DNA of 64,000 nucleotides from Alphaproteobacteria bacterium (GCA_030429625.1 JAUIFA010000004.1:205568-269567), one strand, 5' to 3'. Shown: positions 25,347 to 34,943, numbered from the stretch's first letter. Translations and numbers: made by a program. Notes: generated by a model not told the origin, from the sequence alone.

Positions 25347-28181
25347 ATGGATGATTTAATAAGCGAATTTTTAGTTGAGACAAACGAGAGTCTTGAGGCA
25401 TTGGACCTTGATTTTGTTGAGCTTGAACAAGACCCCGGCAATACAGCAATTATAGGTAATATCTTTCGGGTAATGCATACCATCAAGGGTACGTGTGGGT
25501 TTTTGGGTTTGTCACGTTTGGAGAAAGTGGCGCATGCGGCTGAAAATGTGATGGACAAGTTACGGGATCAGGTTTTTGAAGCGGATGCAGACGTCATCTC
25601 GCTGATTTTGGAGGCCAATGATCGGATCAAGGCGTTGATTGAGGTGCTTGAAGAAACGGAAGCTGAGCCGGAAGGGTCAGACCAAGAGCTTATCGACAAA
25701 CTTAACAGTTGCGCAGAGAATAATGGTGTGGTTGCTGGAGGGGGCAGTGCGCCGATTGAGAATGGTCTTTCAGAGAAGAAAGATCAGCCAGCTGCAGGAA
25801 CATCTGATTTGGATGAAGAAATAGACTTTACCCCTGTTGTGGCGGACTATGCTGCGGATGAAAATGAGCCTGAGGCTACAGGAACATCTGATTTGGATGA
25901 AGAAATAGACTTTACTCCCGTTGTGGCGGACTATGCTACTCCTGGTGGCGAGGTAGAAGAAACGCAGAGCGTAAAAATTTCAGAAGAAGCAAAAAAAGAA
26001 GCAGTTTCAACCGGGTTGGATGTTGCGAGCAAGGAAGATGGTGCGGATAAAAAGAAAGCGACGGTTAACCAGTCTATACGGGTCAATCTTGATATTTTGG
26101 AAGATTTGATGCAGATGGTTGGTGAGCTTGTATTAACCCGAAATCAGCTCTTGCAGCTAATGCGTAACAACACCGACGGGAATAACAGTGGCGATCTGGC
26201 CACACCGTTGCAAAGGCTCAATCACATTACTACCGAACTGCAGGAAGGGGTGATGAAAACCCGAATGCAGCCTATTGGCAATGCGTGGGCAAAATTTCCC
26301 CGGCTGGTTAGAGACCTTGCCCATGACCTTGGCAAAAAGATAGAGCTTAAAATGATCGGCGCTGATACGGATCTTGATCGCCAGATGCTTGAAGCAATAA
26401 AAGACCCTTTGACCCACATGGTGCGCAACTCGGCTGACCATGGGATTGAGTCGGTAGAAAATCGCATTGCTGCGGGTAAGCCAGAAACCGGAACAGTCAC
26501 GCTAAGTGCGTATCATGAAGGCGGGCACATCATTATTAAAATTGCTGATGACGGTAAGGGTCTGGACATTGAGAGGATAAAAGCCAAGGCAGTAGAAAAT
26601 AACCTTGTGACGCCGGAAGAACTTGAAACCTTAAGTGAAAAACAAATTTATCAGTTTGTTTTCAAGCCAGGATTTTCCACAGCAGCAGAAGTTACGGCAG
26701 TCTCTGGTCGTGGGGTTGGCATGGACGTAGTGGTCAGTAATATTGAGAAAACTGGCGGGCATGTAGAGATTAATTCGTGGCCGGGAAGAGGGTCAGAGTT
26801 TTTAATTCGGTTGCCGTTAACGCTGGCCATTATGCCGGTTCTGATTGTACAAAGTGGCGAGGAAATTTTTGCTATTCCGCAGATACGTGTGTCAGAAATA
26901 GTACGTATTGATAAAGACGATCAGGAAGACGGAAACGATATTGAAATCATAAACAACTCACCTGTTTTAAGGTTGCGGGGGAGGCTGTTGCCGCTGATAT
27001 CGCTTTCTAGGACGCTTAATATTTCACGGCAGAAACTTCACGATAACGACAATGAAGATGTGGATAGGAAAAAAGAAGAGGCCATAGAACCATTTATTGT
27101 TGTGTGCGAGGTTGGATCTCAGAGTTTTGGTATTATGGTGGATAAGGTGTTCCACACAGAGGAAATTGTGGTCAAGCCAAATTCAAGCCTTATAAAAGAT
27201 TTGGAGGTTTATTCAGGCTGTACCATTCTGGGGGATGGAACGGTGATTATGATCCTTGACCCTAGTGGTATCATACGCACAGGAGGCATTGCAGGGATTT
27301 CAGAAGATCAGCAGAGTGATAAAGACAGCAGCATTCAGGATGGATCCATGGAAAGCTTCTTGGTATTTAATGCCTGGAATAAAACGCCAAGAGCCATTCC
27401 TTTGGAACTTGTTTCCCGCCTTGAAGAGATTGATGCGGCTAAAATTGAATGGTCGGGTGGAAGTCGGGTGATACAATATCGTGGGGGGCTGATGCGTCTT
27501 ATCATTATGGACGACGCTGTCGATTTTCCGGAAGAGGGCATAGTTGAAGTCATTGTCTTCACCGACGGTGATAGAGCTATGGGTATTGTGGTTGAAGAGA
27601 TTGTCGACATTGAGCGCCATTCTATGGACATAAAATCCGTGAGCAGTCACGAGGGGATTTTGGGGAGCTTAATCATAAATGAAGTGGCTACCGACCTTAT
27701 TGATGTCAGTCATTATTTTGCCAAGGTGTTTACCGGATGGCTTTCACACAAAGATGCCAGTGATAGCTTCGGCAAAGAAGAGACAGACATTGCTGCAAGA
27801 ATATTACTGCTTGATGACAGCACGTTTTTTAGAAAATTTATGGAGCCAGTTTTGGTGGTGGCCGGGTATGACGTTGTTTCTGTGGGCGCTGGCCAGCAGG
27901 CTTTGGACATCCTCAATGATGCGGACGAACATTTTGATTTAATCATTACCGACATTGATATGCCGGAGATGAATGGTATTGAATTTGCTGCCAAATGTCG
28001 GGAAATTCATAAGCTGAGTCATACGCCAATTATTGCCCTTAGCTCGCACGAACAAGAAGATTTAGGGGACGATATCAGTAGCTTGGGCTTTACTAGCTTT
28101 GTAACAAAATCGGACAGGGATAAGCTGGTGGCAGTTGTCTCAGAAATATTGGCAAAACACACCAGTGATGAGGCAGCATAA
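25347..28181 (+). CDS. cheA: Chemotaxis histidine kinase CheA with a C-terminal receiver domain (CheA-REC hybrid), no recognisable P2 domain
   Basis: ATG at 25347 (MDDLISEF). P1/Hpt FRVMHTIKGTCGFLG, P3 QSIRVNLDILEDLM, P4 N/G boxes (HMVRNSADHGIE, DDGKGLD, GRGVGMDVV), a P5 CheW-like region, then REC (ILLLDDS...LIITDIDMPEMNG). Confidence 0.95.
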   Translation: MDDLISEFLVETNESLEALDLDFVELEQDPGNTAIIGNIFRVMHTIKGTCGFLGLSRLEKVAHAAENVMDKLRDQVFEADADVISLILEANDRIKALIEVLEETEAEPEGSDQELIDKLNSCAENNGVVAGGGSAPIENGLSEKKDQPAAGTSDLDEEIDFTPVVADYAADENEPEATGTSDLDEEIDFTPVVADYATPGGEVEETQSVKISEEAKKEAVSTGLDVASKEDGADKKKATVNQSIRVNLDILEDLMQMVGELVLTRNQLLQLMRNNTDGNNSGDLATPLQRLNHITTELQEGVMKTRMQPIGNAWAKFPRLVRDLAHDLGKKIELKMIGADTDLDRQMLEAIKDPLTHMVRNSADHGIESVENRIAAGKPETGTVTLSAYHEGGHIIIKIADDGKGLDIERIKAKAVENNLVTPEELETLSEKQIYQFVFKPGFSTAAEVTAVSGRGVGMDVVVSNIEKTGGHVEINSWPGRGSEFLIRLPLTLAIMPVLIVQSGEEIFAIPQIRVSEIVRIDKDDQEDGNDIEIINNSPVLRLRGRLLPLISLSRTLNISRQKLHDNDNEDVDRKKEEAIEPFIVVCEVGSQSFGIMVDKVFHTEEIVVKPNSSLIKDLEVYSGCTILGDGTVIMILDPSGIIRTGGIAGISEDQQSDKDSSIQDGSMESFLVFNAWNKTPRAIPLELVSRLEEIDAAKIEWSGGSRVIQYRGGLMRLIIMDDAVDFPEEGIVEVIVFTDGDRAMGIVVEEIVDIERHSMDIKSVSSHEGILGSLIINEVATDLIDVSHYFAKVFTGWLSHKDASDSFGKEETDIAARILLLDDSTFFRKFMEPVLVVAGYDVVSVGAGQQALDILNDADEHFDLIITDIDMPEMNGIEFAAKCREIHKLSHTPIIALSSHEQEDLGDDISSLGFTSFVTKSDRDKLVAVVSEILAKHTSDEAA
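25795..25937 (+). repeat. In-frame direct duplication inside the cheA P1-P3 linker (two 59-bp copies, 84-bp period)
   Basis: 25795-25853 and 25879-25937 are 57/59 identical, and both differences are synonymous. Each copy encodes GTSDLDEEIDFTPVVADYA. Confidence 0.9.
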
Positions 28182-28657
28182 TGACAAATACACAACTTGT
28201 TTCGTCTAAAAATAATGAGTTATTATCGGTTAACTCTAAAACAAAACAATTTGTTACCATGATGGTTGGGGATCAGCTTTTTGGGATTCCGGTTTTGATG
28301 GTAGAAGATGTGTTGCGTCCTCAGAAAATAACCAAAATACCATTGGCCTCTGATACAATTTTAGGGGCAATTAATTTGCGTGGACGCATTGTGACAGTAA
28401 TAAATATGCGCCGCCGGTTGGGAATAGAGGACCATGAGAACAGTTATAACTGTATGCATGTTGTGGTGGAACATAAAGATGAGCAATATAGTTTTATCGT
28501 GGATAAGATTGGTGATGTTCTAAAACTTTCACTGGATGATTTTGAAAAGAACCCCGCTAATTTATCAAGCAATTGGCAAGATGTTTCGTTGGGTGTTTAT
28601 CGGCTTGACGGCAAGATACTGGTGGTTTTGGATGTTGAAAGCTTATTAAATTTGTGA
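28181..28657 (+). CDS. cheW: Chemotaxis coupling protein CheW
   Basis: 158 aa. FVTMMVGDQLFGIPVLMVEDVL...INLRGRIVTVINMRRRLG. The start overlaps the cheA stop (TAATG). Confidence 0.93.
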   Translation: MTNTQLVSSKNNELLSVNSKTKQFVTMMVGDQLFGIPVLMVEDVLRPQKITKIPLASDTILGAINLRGRIVTVINMRRRLGIEDHENSYNCMHVVVEHKDEQYSFIVDKIGDVLKLSLDDFEKNPANLSSNWQDVSLGVYRLDGKILVVLDVESLLNL

Positions 28658-28726
28658 TATGACTAGAAATCACTTTATGTCATTAAGGTGGGGTGTTTGT
28701 TTATGAAGGAAGGGAAGGGATTTTAG

Positions 28727-29095
28727 ATGCCTTTATCGATGGTTGTTGACGACTCAAAGGTTGTAAGGACGGTTTCTAGGCGTATTTTAGAAGATTTAGG
28801 TTACGATGTGGTTGAGGCTGAAGACGGACAGGATGCTTTGAATAAAGCAAAAGAAGGCGTGCCGGAGCTGATATTGTTGGACTGGAACATGCCGGTAATG
28901 AATGGGCTTGAGTTTCTTCTTGCGTTCCGCCAATTTAAAGAACACGCAAGCACCAAAGTCATTTTTTGTACAACAGAAAACGATATTACAAAGATTCAAG
29001 AGGCCATTGCGTCGGGGGCAGATGAGTATGTTATGAAGCCTTTTGACTCTGAAATTATAAAAGGGAAATTACAGCAGTTGGGGATGATAGATTAA
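28727..29095 (+). CDS. cheY: Chemotaxis response regulator CheY
   Basis: 122 aa single REC domain. VVDDS, LLDWNMPVMNG and YVMKPF. Confidence 0.92.
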   Translation: MPLSMVVDDSKVVRTVSRRILEDLGYDVVEAEDGQDALNKAKEGVPELILLDWNMPVMNGLEFLLAFRQFKEHASTKVIFCTTENDITKIQEAIASGADEYVMKPFDSEIIKGKLQQLGMID

Positions 29096-29156
29096 CCTTT
29101 TATCGTGCCGGTTTTTGTGGTAGTTTTCTTTTTATTTTTATCTTCAGGAGGATATC

Positions 29157-30272
29157 TTGCTGTCCAACATAGTGGGACAAATAAACGTAATGATTGTGGA
29201 CGATTCCGCAGTTATACGCGGTTTGTTATCCGGCATTCTTAAAGAAGAAAAAAACATAAATATTGTTTATACGGCATCAAACGGTGACATGGCCGTGAGC
29301 TATCTGAAAAAACATCCTGAAAATATAGATGTGGTGACTCTTGATATACAAATGCCAGAAAAAGATGGACTTTCCGCATTGCCAGAATTATTGGAGGCTT
29401 CGCCGGACATCAAAGTGATTATGGTTTCAACTTTGTCGCATGAAGGGGCAAAAGAAACTGTGCAGGCACTCGCAAAAGGTGCGGCTGACTATATTGCGAA
29501 GCCTGCTAATCATCGGCAGGAAAATGCAATAAATATTTTTGCAGGTGAGCTTATCGAAAAGATAAATGCGTTAGGTAAGGCACAATTAAAAAACAGAAAT
29601 GTGACCCAAGCGGTCACAGCAAACAACAAGGATTCTGGTGGAACACCACAGATAACCCTTCGTCCACTCCCCTTGGTGATGAACAAGCCAGAGGCATTGG
29701 TGATAGGCTCTTCCACTGGAGGGCCACAAGCCCTTCTGGAAGTGTTTAAGCATTTTTCAGGCAGAGAAATACAAGTACCCATTTTTATTACCCAACACAT
29801 GCCTGCGGAATTTACCGGGCTTTTAGCCAAACAAATAAATGCTTCTTCAGGAGTAGTTACCAAGGAGGGTGAAAACGGAGAAAAGGTGCAGGCCGGTGTG
29901 GCATATATTGCTCCAGGAGATTTTCATATGCTGGTGGAAGAAAAAGAAGGCGCCAAATACATCAAGCTGGACAAAGGGCAGGCAGAAAATTATTGTCGTC
30001 CGGCTGTTGACCCTATGCTCAGAAGTATCGTTTCGGCTTACGGGGGAAAGAAAACATTGATGATGATGTTAACCGGTATGGGATCGGACGGATTGGCCAG
30101 TGCTAAGATACTTGTCGATGAGGGGGGTGTTGTCATTGCGCAAGACAAGCAGACCAGTGTGGTTTGGGGCATGCCTGGGGCGGTTGCCATGGCGGGGCTT
30201 TGTGCTCATGTCTTGCCATTGCACAACATAGCTGATAAATTTATTGAGCTATCAAAGGGGCAGATAAGATGA
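29157..30272 (+). CDS. cheB: Protein-glutamate methylesterase/glutaminase CheB
   Basis: 371 aa. TTG start 5 nt after AGGAGG. REC (VMIVDDSAVIRG, TLDIQMPEKDG) plus an esterase domain (IGSSTGGPQAL, ITQHMPAEFT, GMGSDG). Confidence 0.93.
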   Translation: MLSNIVGQINVMIVDDSAVIRGLLSGILKEEKNINIVYTASNGDMAVSYLKKHPENIDVVTLDIQMPEKDGLSALPELLEASPDIKVIMVSTLSHEGAKETVQALAKGAADYIAKPANHRQENAINIFAGELIEKINALGKAQLKNRNVTQAVTANNKDSGGTPQITLRPLPLVMNKPEALVIGSSTGGPQALLEVFKHFSGREIQVPIFITQHMPAEFTGLLAKQINASSGVVTKEGENGEKVQAGVAYIAPGDFHMLVEEKEGAKYIKLDKGQAENYCRPAVDPMLRSIVSAYGGKKTLMMMLTGMGSDGLASAKILVDEGGVVIAQDKQTSVVWGMPGAVAMAGLCAHVLPLHNIADKFIELSKGQIR

Positions 30273-31096
30273 CTTTGGGAACTCAGGATTTTGCGTATTT
30301 AAGCGATTTGATTAGGAAGAAGTCGGGTATCAGCCTATCAGAAGATAAAATGTACCTTATTGAATCCCGCTTGTTGCCTTTGGCCAGAAGCCATAGCCTA
30401 CATAACATCACTGAATTGGTCAATAAAGTTAGGGGTGGCGATGCTGGGCTGGTGGTAGAACTGATCGAAGCAATGACCACCAATGAAACCTCATTTTTCC
30501 GTGACATGAAGCCGTTTCAGCTTTTTGATAATGATGTTATGCCGCACATTAAAGCGCATAATATTGATAACAATGTGCGGATTTGGTGTGCGGCGTGTTC
30601 CACCGGTCAGGAACCGTATTCTCTGGCGATGAATATCAACGAAAAAAAGATAGCATATCCCGGACTTTCTTTTGATATTCAGGCAACCGATATTGACAAG
30701 AAGGTTTTACAGAAAGCATCCGAGGGAATCTACAGCCAGTTTGAGATTCAGCGCGGGCTTCCCATCACCTTATTGATGAAGTATTTCACCCAAATGCAAA
30801 GTTACGGTGAAAAATGGGAGATGAAAGAAGATCTTAGGAAGATGGTGACGTTTAAATATCTAAATTTGCTTGAGAGTTATGCATCTATGGGCAAGTTTGA
30901 TGTAATATTCTGTCGTAATGTTTTGATTTATTTTGAGCCGGAAACCAAGTCGGACATTTTAAACCGTTTGGCAGACTGCCTAAAGCCGCATGGGGTTCTA
31001 TTTCTCGGCAGTGCTGAAACCATTAATGATCTGACCGACAAACTCACGACCTTTAAAGATATCCGCTCTATTCACTGTCTAAAACAGCCAAAATAA
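30269..31096 (+). CDS. cheR: Chemotaxis protein methyltransferase CheR
   Basis: 275 aa. TNETSFFRD, IWCAACSTGQEPYSLAM and IFCRNVLIYF. It overlaps the cheB stop by 4 nt. Confidence 0.93.
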   Translation: MTLGTQDFAYLSDLIRKKSGISLSEDKMYLIESRLLPLARSHSLHNITELVNKVRGGDAGLVVELIEAMTTNETSFFRDMKPFQLFDNDVMPHIKAHNIDNNVRIWCAACSTGQEPYSLAMNINEKKIAYPGLSFDIQATDIDKKVLQKASEGIYSQFEIQRGLPITLLMKYFTQMQSYGEKWEMKEDLRKMVTFKYLNLLESYASMGKFDVIFCRNVLIYFEPETKSDILNRLADCLKPHGVLFLGSAETINDLTDKLTTFKDIRSIHCLKQPK

Positions 31097-31102
31097 ACAA
31101 TC

Positions 31103-32401
31103 TTACAACAAAGGTGACCAGGCAGGGTCACTGGCTTCACCAGGGGTTTTTATTTTCCGCTCATTATATCCGGTCAAGTCAATGCTGTACAAATAGGTTT
31201 TGCCCTGCTGAGTTTTTGACCCTCGGGATTGGCGGGTAAACATAATGACTCGACCGTTGGGTGACCATGTTGGCCCTTCGTCGAGATAGCTTTCGGTCAA
31301 CAGTCTTTCACCAGAACCGTCTGGGCGCATCACTCCAATATAGAACTTGCCGTTATACATTCGTGTGAAGGCAATTAAGTCTCCACGAGGGGACCATACC
31401 GGAGTGGCATAACTTCCTTTGCCCAAACTGATACGTTTTACGTTGTTGCCGTCTTTGTCCATCACATAGATTTGTTGTGAACCGCCTCGGTCAGAATTGA
31501 ACGTAATTCTTTTACCGTCTGGACTGTAAGAGGGAGACGTGTCAATGGAAGAACCCCAGCTTATCTGCTTATGTGCTCCGCTGTTCAAATCAAGGCTATA
31601 GATTTTACTTTTTCCGTCCATAGCTGCAGAAAGAATGGCACTTCTCCCATCGGGAGAAAAGCGAGGTGAGAAGGTCATGTTTTTAAACGAGCCAAGGAGT
31701 TTTTCTTTGCCGGTCTGTAAATCGTATAAATAAACACGCGGCCTATTGTTGTAATAGGCCATGTAGATAATGCGTTGAGATTTTTTGTCAAAACGTGGGG
31801 TAAGCTCCAGATATTTCCCGTTGGTAAGGAACTGATGATTGGCTCCGTCCTGATCCATAATGGCCAAACGCTTGGTGCGTTTTTTCCAATTGCCGCTTTC
31901 AGCAATATAGATGATTCTTGAATCAAAATAGGGATCTTCCCCCGTCAAACGGGAATAGATTTCATCGGCTACTTTATGGGCAAGACGTCGCCAGTTATTG
32001 TGGATAAAATATTTATAGATGATCTTTTTGCTGGAAAAAACATCGTACAGACTGAAAGTAATTTTAATTTTGCCGCCAGACATATTTTCCACGTCGGCGG
32101 TGATTATGGCTTGCGTGTCAATTTTACGCCAGTCGGCAAAATGTGGCTCGGTGGTGCCGTTGTTTATTTTCTGGATAAATGCTTTGGGGTCTACCGCGTT
32201 GAAAAGCCCAGAGCTTTGCAGGTCGTTTTTTATAACGCCAGCAATGTCTTGGGCGAAGGAATTATTGCCACCAAAATGGGTAATGGCAATGGGTAGAGGA
32301 GATACGCTCCCTTTGGTAATGTCTATTTTTAGTATTTCAGCATGCGCATGGCTTGGAATGAACGTAATGAGCAATAATAATATAGTATATAGATGTTTCA
32401 T
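31103..32401 (-). CDS. tolB: Tol-Pal system beta-propeller protein TolB
   Basis: 432 aa with a signal peptide. Repeated PxFSPDG / PxWSPxG propeller motifs (PRFSPDGRS, PSYSPDGKR, PVWSPRGD, PTWSPNGR, PAWSP). Confidence 0.93.
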   Translation of the reverse strand: MKHLYTILLLLITFIPSHAHAEILKIDITKGSVSPLPIAITHFGGNNSFAQDIAGVIKNDLQSSGLFNAVDPKAFIQKINNGTTEPHFADWRKIDTQAIITADVENMSGGKIKITFSLYDVFSSKKIIYKYFIHNNWRRLAHKVADEIYSRLTGEDPYFDSRIIYIAESGNWKKRTKRLAIMDQDGANHQFLTNGKYLELTPRFDKKSQRIIYMAYYNNRPRVYLYDLQTGKEKLLGSFKNMTFSPRFSPDGRSAILSAAMDGKSKIYSLDLNSGAHKQISWGSSIDTSPSYSPDGKRITFNSDRGGSQQIYVMDKDGNNVKRISLGKGSYATPVWSPRGDLIAFTRMYNGKFYIGVMRPDGSGERLLTESYLDEGPTWSPNGRVIMFTRQSRGSKTQQGKTYLYSIDLTGYNERKIKTPGEASDPAWSPLL

Positions 32402-32433
32402 TCAGCTCTTCTCCTTCTTATGCGCGCATTATA

Positions 32434-33450
32434 CTAATACATGTCACGTGGGTCAAAATTAAATTCCATTTCTTTCCAGCTGTCATAACGATCCTGTGGC
32501 AGGTTCTGTAAAGGGCTGCATCGTAATACGGCACGTACTGCATTGTCTGCCGCCGCTTTGAATACCGGATCACTGTTATAGCGGCTTTTGTCGGTGACGT
32601 TCACTGATCCGGCTACCGACCCGCTCTTGTTAAGTTTAAAGCGCACAGAAACAGCGATTTTGGCTGCCTCTCTTGCGCCGGGAAGAATGCGCCAACACGC
32701 CACAAGTTGGTTGCGGATGGCATCAATCTGACTTAAGGAAAGCGGTTTAGCAGCATCGTAGTTGCTGCTAACCTGCTTTGTTTTTTCCGGCTTGGCCAAT
32801 TTGTCTAACTCCGCGGCCATTTGGGTAAATGATTTTTTCACCTCTTTCACCTTTGGTTTTGTCGGAGGTTTCTTTGCCGCTACCTTAGGCGCAGGTTTGG
32901 GTTTTTCTGGAGCTTTAGGCTTTGCTTTTGGCGGTTTTGGCTTTTCTGCCAATTTCTTGGGCTTAAACGGTTTAGGAGGGGGTGTTGGTCGGGTTGCTAT
33001 TTTCTTTACCGGGCTTTTGGGAGCTGCCGCAGGTTTGTTGGCTTGAGGTTTCTTGCCTTCCACCGGTTTGACGTTGGTTTTCTCCTTAATAGGCAGTAAT
33101 TCTAAAGTGATGGTTCTGGGTGGGGTCATTTTAGGAGGGTCTTGAGCAAACGGAATGGCACCTATGATGCAGATTAGGATAAACAAATGTAGCATCCCTG
33201 AGCGAAAAGGCCCAGGATATGTATTGGCCAGTTTTTGCACATATAGCCACAGGTGGTTAAGAATAGGTTTGGTGATTTTCCACATCAGGCGCAAAATCAT
33301 CATCACCGTAGGAGCAATTAGCGCCCAGAGATCTTCAATGACGTACCAGCACGACCAGGCAATGTTTTTTAGATGTGAAATAAGCCCGATTTGTTCGTCG
33401 TGCGTCCCGATATTATCATAGTCCAGACGTTTTTGCGCCCTGTCGTCCAT
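32434..33450 (-). CDS. tolA: TolA-like cell-envelope integrity protein with an unusually long N-terminal extension
   Basis: 338 aa. Central Lys/Pro/Ala-rich spacer (KPKPPKAKPKAPEKPKPAPK) and a C-terminal TolA/TonB-C-like domain (IRNQLVACW...VSVRFKLNKSGSV). Positioned between tolR and tolB. The start overlaps the tolR stop (TAATG). Confidence 0.7.
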   Translation of the reverse strand: MDDRAQKRLDYDNIGTHDEQIGLISHLKNIAWSCWYVIEDLWALIAPTVMMILRLMWKITKPILNHLWLYVQKLANTYPGPFRSGMLHLFILICIIGAIPFAQDPPKMTPPRTITLELLPIKEKTNVKPVEGKKPQANKPAAAPKSPVKKIATRPTPPPKPFKPKKLAEKPKPPKAKPKAPEKPKPAPKVAAKKPPTKPKVKEVKKSFTQMAAELDKLAKPEKTKQVSSNYDAAKPLSLSQIDAIRNQLVACWRILPGAREAAKIAVSVRFKLNKSGSVAGSVNVTDKSRYNSDPVFKAAADNAVRAVLRCSPLQNLPQDRYDSWKEMEFNFDPRDMY

Positions 33451-33911
33451 TATTTAGGCTGCTCCGTTATCAACGCAACTTTTAAAAAACCTGCCAGATT
33501 GATTGCGTTCATTACTTCCATCATCCGGCCATAATCAACATGTTTGTCCCCGCGGATAAAAATACGCATGTCGGTGTTGCGGTTGCTGATGGCCATGAGT
33601 TTCGGTTTGATTTCATCCAGGTCAATTTTGGTTTTGGAGATAAAAATATAACCATTGCTGTCGATTGAAATTTCCAGCGGCTCTTCTTTGGCAGGCAAAG
33701 GCTGGGCATCGGATTCTGGCAAATCTACCACAATGCCCGGCGTTAGTAATGGTGCGGTGACCATAAAGATAATCAGCAAAACCAGCATGACATCCACAAA
33801 AGGGGTAACGTTGATTTCGTTCATCAGGGCAGAGTTACGTGAGCGCTTACGACGACGGCCGGCTTTGCTACCAAGGCGATTGCCAACCCCATTATGCAAT
33901 TGTAAAGCCAT
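33450..33911 (-). CDS. tolR: Biopolymer transport protein TolR (ExbD family)
   Basis: 153 aa. INVTPFVDVMLVLLIIFMVTAP, then a periplasmic domain (IFIRGDKHVDYGRMMEVMNAI). Confidence 0.88.
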   Translation of the reverse strand: MALQLHNGVGNRLGSKAGRRRKRSRNSALMNEINVTPFVDVMLVLLIIFMVTAPLLTPGIVVDLPESDAQPLPAKEEPLEISIDSNGYIFISKTKIDLDEIKPKLMAISNRNTDMRIFIRGDKHVDYGRMMEVMNAINLAGFLKVALITEQPK

Positions 33912-33920
33912 AATTCTTCC

Positions 33921-34733
33921 TTAATATTTGTCAAGTTCTCGGGCAATGACAGAGGCAAATTCATCAGAGAATTCATCAATTCTGTCTGAAATGCCCCCGC
34001 ACTGAGTAGAAAACTTGTTGTAAAAAATCACAGCAGGAATAGCAGCAAAAAGCCCGATGGCCGTAGCAAACAAAGCTTCGGCGATGCCGGGAGCTACGAC
34101 GGCCAGTGTTGAGTTTTGCGAATGAGCGATGGCCTGAAAACTGTTCATAATTCCCCAGACTGTACCAAAAAGGCCAATAAACGGGGCGGAAGAACCTACG
34201 GTTGCCAGAAAGCTTAAGCCTTTTTCCAGCGCGGCGATTTCACGATTTCTTACACTGTCCATCGCGTGCCAGACACGATCCTTGATTTCACCACGCCGTG
34301 CATAATCACCTTCTTTTGGCAGTGAAGGCAGCAGATCCAAACTCTTTTGTTTGCCACTTTCGGCAGCATTTTCTCCTTTAAGCCTCATCCATTCATGCAT
34401 TCCAGCGATAAATACCCGTGCAATGGGATTGTCCGCCGTTGCTTTGATGGTTTCATAATAATGTTCCAGCGATTGACATGCCCAGATGTTTTTCTCAAAC
34501 TTCTTCATTCTTTTCTGTAATATTCTTAATGTATTAAACTTGTCAAAAAAGATGGCCCAACACCAGAAAGAGGCACATAAAAGAAGCACGATCACCAGTT
34601 GGACAATAATATCCGCATTAACAAACATAGAATAAATACTCAGATCGTGGGCGGGAGCGCCGCCCGTACCCGCGACAGTAGGTATGTTCATGGATTGGCC
34701 TTCAATGGATGTGATTGGTACAGCTTTTGGCAT
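33921..34733 (-). CDS. tolQ: Tol-Pal system protein TolQ (MotA/TolQ/ExbB family)
   Basis: 270 aa. The C-terminal channel motif LATVGSSAPFIGLFGTVWGIMNSF...VAPGIAEALFATAIGLFAAIPAVIFYN is characteristic. An alternative ATG at about 34691 would remove 14 aa. Confidence 0.9.
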   Translation of the reverse strand: MPKAVPITSIEGQSMNIPTVAGTGGAPAHDLSIYSMFVNADIIVQLVIVLLLCASFWCWAIFFDKFNTLRILQKRMKKFEKNIWACQSLEHYYETIKATADNPIARVFIAGMHEWMRLKGENAAESGKQKSLDLLPSLPKEGDYARRGEIKDRVWHAMDSVRNREIAALEKGLSFLATVGSSAPFIGLFGTVWGIMNSFQAIAHSQNSTLAVVAPGIAEALFATAIGLFAAIPAVIFYNKFSTQCGGISDRIDEFSDEFASVIARELDKY

Positions 34734-34943
34734 TCTAGTCTTCCCTTACAATGATCGGTAAAATAAACCTTGAACATCATAGTATAATTTTGACCCTCCA
34801 TCAAGAGAACTTCATAGGAATTTAGCGGTTTTTTTGCTTTGTCACAAAATATTCATATTTCAAATTGTCACTGTATAACAATATGTTAACTGGCATGTCG
34901 TCCAAATAGATAAAATTTTATTAATTTTTTCCATAAAAACACT

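Noticed and set aside
31999-32007. A DnaA-box-like TGTGGATAA
   Set aside because: It is a single copy inside the tolB coding sequence, with no cluster of boxes and no AT-rich unwinding element. It is not an origin.
31976-32462. Plus-strand ORFs of 106 aa and 147 aa
   Set aside because: They are antisense to tolB and extend into the tolA 3' end. They have no SD and no motifs.
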